From the NCBI RefSeq assembly GCF_009914755.1, contig NC_060938.1: 64,000 nucleotides of DNA; one strand, given 5' to 3'. This DNA is from the human T2T-CHM13v2.0 reference genome, Homo sapiens. The translations under genes were made by a program, and so were the position numbers. Below are positions 54,971-64,000 of the stretch, piece by piece. Position 1 is the first letter of the stretch. The number at the start of each line of letters is the position of its first letter. The notes beneath the pieces were generated by a model. The model was not told the origin of the DNA. It did not search any database and saw nothing but the letters and a program-made list of their open reading frames with translations.

Positions 54971-56169
54971 GACCTCCTTATGGTGCTTTCAGCTCCCGAG
55001 CGTCAGAACAGCTTCTCAGTATTCCTATCCCCACCCTAGTGCTGTGGTATGCAGTAGGTGCTCAATGAATGCTGGTTCTATGAAGGGTGGTAGCCTAGGG
55101 ATACCGACGCAGAATAACTAATAATACCAAGGACATGGAGCTCCTGTGCTTGCAGCAGAGATGACACAAACACGTGCTTGCCAGGAACGCAGCTGCTGAT
55201 GCTGCTATGATTATTAATATCCTTCTAGGCACCTGCTGGGCTCCGAGCTGACCACGCTCTTCTGTCAAATTCTTAATTTCTTCCTCTCCCAAAGGGCAAG
55301 AACAATTTAAAAAGAAACCACCTTGGAAAAAGCTTTAGCTGGCCAGAGTGGAACCCGGGCTGTGACAGCGTCCCTGGTTACTGATGACAACATTCACCCA
55401 CCCAGCTGAGCCTGGGCGTGAGCCTTCCTGTCTGCCTGGGGCTTGGCTCGCCATCCAGGAAACCACCTGTTGCAGGCGCCTGTGAAATGGGAGCCAGGCA
55501 GCCTAGCCATGGCGATGGCCTGTAAACAGATTTATCCCGCCCACATGGAGCCGCATCCCTGCAGCTCCTGCGTCTCGGGGCTGGCTAATACCTGGGACCG
55601 CATGCTGCCTGTGCCAAAAAAACCCAGACACACATCCTCCTGGAAATATCATTGGCCACAGGAGCTGTTTCTCATCCCCAGAGCTCCAGGTTGCAGGTGC
55701 GGCTGGGGATTATCACTTCTGCAAATAAACACCAAGCCCAGGTGAAAGCTCCAGGAGAGACGGAGTCAGACTGGCCCCAGCAAACCTCACTGGGGAATGG
55801 GGAGCCCTGTCCTCCTCCTTAAAAGTGAGCTGAGCGTACGTTATTCAGAGCCCCATAGATAAATTCCCATAGCCTGTGACCCAATATTTCCACATCTAGG
55901 TATCTGTCCTCTAAGATCACCAGAAATGGGGACAAGAATGAACGTGCAAGGAGGTTCAGCAGGAGGTACCAAAAAGCATGCAAAGCTGGAGAAGCCGTGG
56001 ATGGCCAACAGCAGTTAAGTCAGCCACAGAAAGAATGCGCATGCAGCCCCAAAAATGCTGGTTACCCAACATTTAAAACATGGGAAAATTCTGAGGTCAG
56101 AACACAAAGTGAAAAAAAATAGGATCCAAAATTATATACATGGTGGACTGAAATTGCTAATGGCAATGA

Positions 56170-56320
56170 CAAGCATTTATTGAGAACTGACTGTGTTCCT
56201 GGCACTGTGCCAAGGGTTGACGTGTTCCCACGTCCTCATCTGGCCTCACTGCAAGCCCGAGAGGAAGGTCTGACTTTTGGGCCTATTTCACAGATAGGGG
56301 GACTGAGGCATGGAGAGAAT
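56170..56320 (-). mobile_element. MIR
   Basis: agcatttattgagaactgactgtgttcctggcactgtgc...cctatttcacagatagggggactgaggca. Confidence 0.7.
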
Positions 56321-56628
56321 TCAGCGGCTCACTCCACACAACTACACGTCCTTAACACCCTCTACACCATTTATGTTAAAACTCGACACATTCACAGGGA
56401 AAAAGCCCAAAAAGAAAATGCATCAAAAGGTAAATGGTAGTCATTTCTGGGTGGCATCATTTGGAACATTTTGTATTTTTCCATATTTTATACAGTGGAC
56501 ATGTACTACTTTTAAAACCAGAAACTATGCTATTTTTAAAAGTCTCCAGAGATTTCATAAGCTCCCCTAGGATGGTTTAAAATAACAACACAAACAAACA
56601 CCAGTAATGAGATCTGCCCCCCAAGGGT

Positions 56629-56669
56629 CCCCCACCCCCACCCCCACCCCCACCCCCACCTCCACCCCC
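56629..56669 (-). repeat. (CCCCCA)n repeat; G-quadruplex motif on the minus strand
   Basis: Six C5 runs, mostly separated by a single A. Confidence 0.9.
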
Positions 56670-57306
56670 TGCATCTTGGGTCACAGGCTCCATGGCCCTC
56701 CAGGAGGTGTAAGTAAAAGCCTTACTGTCTCCCTTATTGATTTTTGTCCTTCCTCTAAGAAATGTCCTTGAATTTAAATAACTTCAGGTCAAAAGCCTAA
56801 GCAAGCTCTGCCCTGCACACTCACGGGGACCGACGGTACCCTCTGACTTCACCTGCTCTGCAGATTCCCAGGCTGGTGGTAGGGGAGGGTGGGGACCATT
56901 ATGCTTGTGCCCCCACTAAAAACACCAGCTTTCCCACGAGCTAGGATTTGCTGGGAGCTGGAGAGAAATCAGCATAGCCTGATTAAATTAACATGAACCA
57001 GCTCAGGGAGGGCGAGATGAAGCTCCAAAAGCGCAGGCCTGTGAGAGCACGGGTGCCCGGTGTGGGTCTGCTCCTCCAGGGACATGGCTAATTCCACCCC
57101 AGCACATCCAACCGGCCACAAACATGATCATCCAGGGGTAACCACGGAGCAGGAGAAAGAAGTGGGTAAGTGACACAGAGCAGAATGCAATTTTGCACAT
57201 AGCCGTCCATGGCCATGAGAACCACTAGGAATGTATTTGGGAGATGGTTAGAAATAAAAAAATTAAAATGACAATAACTATGTCAGGGTAAATGAGATGG
57301 AAAATC

Positions 57307-57655
57307 CCTGCCCTCCCCTCCCTTCCCTCCTTCCCTCCCTCCTTCCCTCCCTTCTTCCCTCCTTCCCTCTCTCCTTCCTTCCCTCCCTCCCTCCTTCTTT
57401 CCCCCCCTTCCTTCCCTCCCTCCTTCCTTCTTTTCCTCCCTCCCTCCTTCCTTCCCTCCCTCCTTCCCTCCCTCCCTCCTTCTTTTCCTCCCTCCCTCCT
57501 TCCTTCCCTCCCTCCTTCCCTCCCTCCCTCCTTCCTTCCTTCCCTCCCTCCCTCCTTCTTTTCCTCCCTCCCTCCTTCCTTCCCTCCCTCCTTCCTTCCC
57601 TCCCTCCTTCCTTCCTTCCTTCTCTCAATACCTCCTTCCTCCCTTCCTCCCTATT
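57307..57655. repeat. Polypyrimidine (CCTT/CCCT)n low-complexity tract, about 350 bp
   Basis: Read directly; source of the PPSF/EGRR ORFs. Confidence 0.95.
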
Positions 57656-58859
57656 TTCAAGTTTTCTCTGACTTGTTTTTAAATCAAATCAAATAACCAT
57701 ACATATCTTGAGGCCTCCCTAGGCAGTCTGTCAGCCTCTGATCTTCACTGTCATTCTCTATGGATTCAAGACCAGGAGAATGGGCTCTGTGCACCTGCTC
57801 CCAGCAGGCAGGAACGAGCTGCACAGACCCCAGCACTGGATAAGAAGGGCAGAGACATGTGGGTGTACTGCGCCCCCTGTCTCCCACCCACCCCCGCCCC
57901 GCAGCCCTCTCTGGCTTGTGAAATGGAAAAATAAATCTGAGGCAACAACACATCCCCTGGCTGAGCTGTCCTGTGAGGCTGAGAATGGGGTCCAGGCTCC
58001 TTCCTTTCCCAAGGGTCTCGGGACCATCACACAAACCTGCAGTCTCTAGAAACCAAGTCTGGTGTTGTTCTACGTGGTACGGAATGAGGCAACATGAAGT
58101 AGAAAACAAGGAAAAACTCCCTCCCACTCCCTCCTCAGTCTCTCACTTAGCGTTTTAGCTAAAACTTACCAAACGCCAGCAGGGAAGGTGCCAGCCCCAC
58201 TGCCTGGCTGGAGGGTGACACCAAAGAGGAGGAGGAGGAGGAGGAGGCCAGAAGTCTGGCTGGAGGGCTTCCCCACTCCCCAGGCGAACCTCTTCCTACC
58301 TACCTCACCCTAAACAGCCAGGAGAGTGCGTGCAGTCAGCCTGCCTGCCAAAGAATGGGTGGGGGAGTGGGCTGGATTCACTTATATTTCCAGAAATATT
58401 TGCTAAGCACCTACTATGTGCCAGGGACTGGACAGACTACAAAGATGAGGAAAAGGCATGGCCCCTGCTTGCACGGGGAAGACAAAATTTAACCAAGAAA
58501 ACAGAACAGCAGAATTACAGTTAAGATCGCTGCAATGAAGCAGGAAAAAGCTGGGTTTCAGGACACAATCTCTTAGGGCACCTCTGGAAGGAGAAGGGCT
58601 GGGGGCAGAACGTGTGCTTGTCTGGCATGCACGGGGCAGGCCTTGCACCCAGTCTGGGCCAAGAGGCATCCGCGGGGAAGGATCCTGTCCAACAGAAAGG
58701 CCCTGGAGACAGACCTGCATCCACATTCCGGCTCCCCCTCCCTCACCTGTCCCTTCCGAGTCACATGATCTTGGGAAGTTACCTCCTGGTCTCTACCTTG
58801 TAGAAAAGGGCACTTATTTTCAGGTGTGATGGTGAGGATTAGGATAAATCCCTGTGCTA

Positions 58860-59355
58860 GTCTCCTTTGCACACCCCTCCTCCTACTTCATCTTCCTTTC
58901 TCTCCCTGCCCTGTGTCCTGGGGGCAGGTCCTCCACAGGTTGTGTCACTGGGCACCTGGTCTTCTGGCTACTCACTGGGTTTGGCCAATGGGAGGCGCTG
59001 GCAGGACAACGTGGGGTGGAGGGGCCACATCACTTATTCCTCTGCTGCCTCCTACTCTTGCTCCCGCTCCTTAGCTGTGGTTTTGGCCAGGGCTGCATTC
59101 TTCCACCTGGGCCCCCAGCTCCAGCCAGAGTGCCCCTCACCAGGCGATAGCTTTGTGGGGCTCCTATAATTCAGCCCCCTCTTCTTGCCCATCAGGCCTG
59201 GCAATGGTAACAGCTCCCTGCTGCTGGGAGCCACTGGGTGCTGCACCAGCCCTTGCTGGTGGCCTTTTCCTGCCCCATCTCTGTAAACAGCCTCTGCATC
59301 AAACCCTCTGGACTCACTCCTTGGAGTTTCCTACTGGGCTCCTGCCTCATACGAC
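58860..59355 (+). mobile_element. LTR33-like ERVL LTR
   Basis: ccctgccctgtgtcct...ttctggct..tgggtttggccaatgggaggcgctggcagga...ctgtaaacagcctctgcatcaaac. Confidence 0.6.
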
Positions 59356-59534
59356 CCTATAATAAGCTCGATGCAATTTTAGTCATGATTACAGGGTGGA
59401 GGCCACTGCTCCTGGGGAAAATGTGTTCAGGCTGCAATGCACACAAGCTGGTTAGTTCAGTCTAATCGAAGAGGGTAGCCACTGGAAAGGGTAAGCAGGA
59501 GACTTCAGAGCCATTGGTTGTGAAGGCAGAGCTA

Positions 59535-59880
59535 TCCTTCACTCAACAAGCACTGTGCTTCCTGCATGCCAGGCATTGTGCCAGCTGGTAAGAACAGAGA
59601 GGTGAGTAAGACGCAGGCTCTCCCTGGGGGGATAGCCCAGCAGAGGCAGTAGATATACTGTATGAACAGGTGGCTGCTGCACAGGGGATACGTACGGTAA
59701 GAGCTGAGAATGGCAAGAAGAAACTCTGTCAGTCTGCCCGGGGGTGGTGTCAGGAGAGGACTCAGAAGAAGGGACACTGGACTAGCCCTCTTTGAATGCA
59801 CAGTTTTCTGGGCTAAAAGAGCACTTAGAGCAAAAGGGAAAACATACACAAAAACAAAGGGGTGGGAGAGGCCCGTTGGG
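59535..59880 (-). mobile_element. L2 fragment
   Basis: ttcactcaacaagcac..tgccaggcattgtgc...ggtgtcaggagagg. Confidence 0.55.
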
Positions 59881-60094
59881 ACAAAGGTCAGTGTTCTCAT
59901 GTTGACCAAAGGACCAGGCCACTTAAAGTGACAGGTGGCCAATGACAGATGAATGACCCACAAACAAGTCAAGTTCGGTCCTACCTCAGGACCTTTGCAC
60001 TTGCTGTTTTCTCTGTCCAAAGTAATGTGCACCCAACTGTTTGCATGGCGTCATCTACTCTTCATTGTTCATCTCCTCAGAGAGGCTCCCCCGA

Positions 60095-60260
60095 TCACAA
60101 GTAGCTTCCTTGGTTTCCCTTGTTGTAACAAATTGCCACAAATGTGGTTGCTGAAAACAACCCAAACTTATCTTATAGGTTGGGAGGTCAGAGCCCAAAA
60201 GAGTCTCACTGGGCGAAAATCAAGGCACTATTCCCTCTGGAGGTTCCAGGGGGAAAATGC
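60095..60260 (-). mobile_element. MLT1 LTR fragment
   Basis: tgtaacaaattgccacaaa..aaaacaac...ggaggtcagag..aaaatcaagg..ctggaggttccagggggaaaat. Confidence 0.65.
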
Positions 60261-60261
60261 G

Positions 60262-60556
60262 TTGTCTTAGTCTGTTTTATGCTGTTATAACAGAATGCCA
60301 CAGACTGGGTAATTTATGCTGGACAGAATTTTGGCTCACATTTCTAGAGGCTGGGCAGTCCAAGAACACAGCACTGGAATCTGCTGGTGCATCATCCCAT
60401 AGTGGAAGGCAAAAGGGCAAGAGACCACACAAGACAGAGAGGAAGGGGGCTGGACTTATCATTTTATCAGAGACCACCTCCTGTGATAACTAACCCACTC
60501 CCTCAATAATGACACTAATCCATTCACCAGGGCAGAGCCCTTACAACATAATTATA
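60262..60556 (-). mobile_element. MSTC/D LTR fragment
   Basis: tgtcttagtctgttttatgctgttataacagaatgccacagactgggtaattta...taatccattcaccagggcagagccc. Confidence 0.75.
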
Positions 60557-60604
60557 AAGACTGATCAAAAGCCCTGCTGTAAAAACACAACAAAACTGGA
60601 AGTT

Positions 60605-61092
60605 GTAGTACAGACTGTTGGTTGCCTTCCCCACCCCAAATAACCATTCTCTCTTTCCTCCACAGAATCAGAACCTCTTGTTCTTAGGTGGGCACCATGG
60701 GCTTTATTTCCCAGTTTCCTGTGCAATTAATCACAACCCAGTGACTAAGTGCTGACCAATAAGATGTCAGCAGAAATGCTATCAGGCAGTTTCTTGAAAC
60801 TTCCATTAACAGAGAGCTAGCATCCGCCCTTTGATCCTTCTTCATCATCCTTCCTTCTGTCACGCTGCCTGAAATGTTAATGTAACGGCTGGAGCTCTAG
60901 CAGCCATCTTGGGTCTTCAGGTCAAGAGCTACATGGTGGGATGGCAGTGCAATGAGCTAAGAGGAACCTGAGAACCTGCAGATAATCTGATGCACAGCGG
61001 GCCACACCAGCTTGAACAGGAATGTGTTTTGCTTTACAACAATGTTGTTTCAGGTTTCCTGTAATTCATAGCCAAACCTAATCGAGACTGAT
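60605..61092 (+). mobile_element. MLT1 (H/J-like) LTR
   Basis: atttcccagtttcctgtgc..gtgactaagtgctgaccaat...ggctggagctctagcagccatcttg...agccaaacctaatc. Confidence 0.6.
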
Positions 61093-61554
61093 CCAAAGTC
61101 ACCCCTAGGTTTGTCTGACTCCAGGGCTGTGCACTTGAATTTCATCTTCCCATCAGACGGGATAAGAGAACACCTTCTGTTGGAGGTGGAGGAAGCAAAC
61201 GAATGCCAGCTAGTGTGTTCCCAGGAAGGGTTCTGGGCTCGGTGCTTGCCAGGGGTGGGAGCGAAAGGGCAGCCATTGGACTCCTATCTGTGGCTTTCCC
61301 TGCAGATATCACTTTACTAGGCTTGAAAGAAGCCTGTAAAGTCTCATTTACAAAGTAAGCCTATGCCTGGGGCTCAGTGGAGTTCCTGTGGTTTTTAGGA
61401 GGAAGGGATTTCAAAAATCACTTAGAAGGCGCTTATGCACATCACTGGTCACAGAACCAAAATGGCCACTTTTGTGCAGTCCTGCTTAAACAGACATACC
61501 AGTGTCATTAAAAAACTGTGATAAGGAGATTCCCAGCTCGCTAGTGGTCTCTCT

Positions 61555-62016
61555 TTAAAATCAGATTTATTGAAGTCTAATTTACATACATTTCAGCCTT
61601 TCCTGTGTACAGTTCTGTGAGTTCTGGCAAACAAATAAAGCCATATAACCACCACCATACGGAAGAGATAGAATATTCCATCACTCCCAAAATTCCTTTG
61701 TGTCCTATTGTACTCAATCCTCTTCCCCGACTCCCAGCCCCTGACAACCACACATCCATTTTTTGTCCTGATAATTTTGCCTTCTCCAAGCTGTCATATA
61801 CATGGAATCATGCAGTCTGTAGAGCATTTAGAATCTAGCTTCTTCCACGTAGTAGAAGGGTTTTGAGATTCGTCTGTGCTGTGTGCATTAGCAGTTCTTC
61901 CCTTCTTCCTCCTGAGCAGTATTCCACTGCATGGATGTGCCACAATCTGTTGATCCCTTTGCCAGTACAGGGACGTTTGGACTGTGCCCAGTTTTTGGCT
62001 ATTATGAATATGGCAG

Positions 62017-62059
<43 letters not shown>

Positions 62060-62270
62060 GCATGCATATGTATGCTCACCCACGCATATAGTTTTGTGTG
62101 TGGATATGCTTCCATTTCCCTTGGCAAATACCTTAGAGGAAATCTGAGGCTGTATGGTAGAGTATGTCTCACTTGACAAGAAACTGCTAGCCACACTTTC
62201 CGGAGCAGCTGTACCACTTTGCATTTCCCCCAGCAGCACACGAGAGCTCCAGATGCTCCAGGGCCTTGCC
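61555..62270 (-). mobile_element. L1MB/ME 3' fragment with (CA)n at about 62018-62055
   Basis: tttattgaagtctaatttacatac...tgtcatatacatggaatcatgcag...gagcagtattccactgcatggatg...ccactttgcatttcccccagcag. Confidence 0.8.
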
Positions 62271-62999
62271 CGCACTGGGATGGGCCTGCTCTAAAGTCAC
62301 AGAATTCTCGACTCTCCCAGCTCCCATGGCGTCATCGATCAACCCCACCCCACCCGGCTGCCACCATGGCACCCAATTCTAGCTGGGCTCCTGCCTGCAG
62401 TCCTCTCCCTTCCCTTCCCCTTCCCCCCCAATAGATTTTATACCCCAGTGAATCACAAAACACAAAGAAGAGCCTGTTCTCTCCCTTGTCCTGACTCAGA
62501 TCTGCCAGAAGGTGAGTGGTGGGTTCTGCTCAGCTTCTCCAGGGTAGCCTGCCGCTGCATCAGAAGGGCATCCTCTTTAGCCAGAAGCTTCTCTCTTGTC
62601 TTGCCTGCACCCTGGAGACCAAACTGGTGCAAGGAACCAGAAACTGTTCAAGGCGCCACACGGCCACTAATCCAGCACCCCAAAGTGGAGAGGGTCAGTC
62701 ATACAAAGAGATAGTAACCTCAGTCGCAGGAATGTGACCCCTCACTTGCCAGCAACTGCCCCACCAAACACACAATTTTTGTAATGAAGAAAGATGCTTT
62801 CCACCAGGCTAAGTTAATCTTGGGTCAGAATGTTGGCCCAAGTATAAACCAGGAGACCTGTAACAGGAGTACATTCATGTCTTTGCAAAAAGAGGTACAT
62901 CTATACCTGCAAAGGAAGACAGCAGGAGAGACAGAAGTGACCGTGAAATGGAGACAGGTGCACATAAATAAGCATATTTAACCTAACATCCAGGGTACC

Positions 63000-63110
63000 A
63001 TCTACCATTCCTATATTACAGAGGAAGAAAGGGAGTTTAGAGATGCGCCATAACCTGCTCAGGTCACAGGCCAGGTTGTCCGATCCAGGTTCTCCCGACT
63101 CTAAGGCATC
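63000..63110 (-). mobile_element. MIR fragment
   Basis: ttacagaggaagaaa..taacctgctcaggtcacagg. Confidence 0.55.
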
Positions 63111-63199
63111 TTTGCAAGCAATATTTTACAAGCGTCTGTGTTACCACCAGGTTCCAGTTACTTTGGTACCCCACAGAAAGCCACTTCCAGTACTTCCAG

Positions 63200-63350
63200 C
63201 ACTCATTCATTTATTTATATGTTTATTCATTCATATGTTTATTCATTTACACATTTATTGAGTGCCCTCTATGTGTCTGACATTAGGGAAGCCTCAGTGA
63301 TTGAACCAGACAAAAATCCTGCCCTGTTAGCACATGGTCTAATGGGAATG
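63200..63350 (-). mobile_element. L2 3' end
   Basis: ttcattcat..catttattgagtgccctctatgtgtc..agacaaaaatcctgccct. Confidence 0.7.
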
Positions 63351-63634
63351 AGAGCCAGCGGGTAGAGAAAAGGGACTCGGGCTGCCCAGGGTCCTTGCTG
63401 TGCTCCCCCCAACCCCACCACCACTGCCGCAGGCCCTTTCCCTAACAAAAAGGCTCATCCAAGTCAGGAGAGAGCAGATGCAAAAACCCAGGATCCAGAG
63501 GACCATTCTGGGCTCTTCAGTGCCCAGGCCCCACTGGGTCCATGACTGAATGGGAGACACTGTGAAGGAGCAAGAACACTGTCCAAGAGCCAGGTCTCTC
63601 CTCCAGCCCCACGGGACACGCACCAGGGCTTCCG

Positions 63635-63770
63635 GCATTCATTCATTCATGCCACTGTTTGCTAAGTGCCTATGCTGCACCAGGTGCAGCACCAGGTGCT
63701 GGAGACACAGGAGGATGAGAGCAGGGCTGCTGTCCACAAGGACTCACAATGCAGTGGGGAGACAGCAACC
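63635..63770 (-). mobile_element. L2 3' end
   Basis: cattcattcattc..tttgctaagtgcctatg..aggtgctggagacacag..gtggggagacag. Confidence 0.65.
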
Positions 63771-64000
63771 TGTCCACGCCCACTAGGAAGTAGAAGGTAA
63801 ATGATGGGATGCAAACAGGGCTTCTGAGGTTGGAAGAGACCCTGCTACAAAGAGGCAGAGCCAAGATTCGAGTCCAGGCTGTGGGCTCTAAGCTGTGTGA
63901 TCATCACCCTATGCCACCACCTCCCACTTGGATTTTTTCTGCATTTAAATCCAGTGTCGCAGACCTGACCTGTGCTGGCCCTCTCCCTTCCCTGCCCAAC

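Noticed and set aside
57278-57696. PPSF- and EGRR-repeat ORFs
   Set aside because: Translations of the polypyrimidine tract.

Overview
This is primate (almost certainly human) nuclear DNA: AluJ/S/Y, L1MA/MB/ME, L2, MIR, MaLR (THE1, MST, MLT1), MLT2, MER41 and hAT/Tigger DNA transposons. It looks intergenic or deep-intronic. I find no recognisable protein-coding gene, RNA gene, CpG-island promoter or CRISPR array, and I cannot place the locus. The long ORFs in the supplied track come from simple repeats, Alu, L1 ORF2 or THE1-internal sequence. The largest elements are a MER41B LTR plus 3'-truncated MER41 internal region (39.4-46.1 kb), a complete two-LTR THE1A element (47.3-49.5 kb) and a 5'-truncated L1MA (30.3-32.5 kb). 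The most notable things that repeat annotation would not explain are: (i) a 73-bp, 70/73-identical inverted repeat beside a long interrupted (TA)n tract at about 9.1-9.5 kb; (ii) a complex deletion-insertion in an Alu whose insert matches the THE1 LTR 1.6 kb upstream; (iii) a MER41B LTR whose two STAT1 GAS motifs are both mutated; (iv) a 259-bp candidate spliced exon at 2535-2793; (v) several unique, motif-rich blocks that look like developmental enhancers. I see no convincing novel gene system. Repeat family names come from my recall of consensus sequences, and boundaries of old repeats are approximate; confirm both with RepeatMasker/Dfam.
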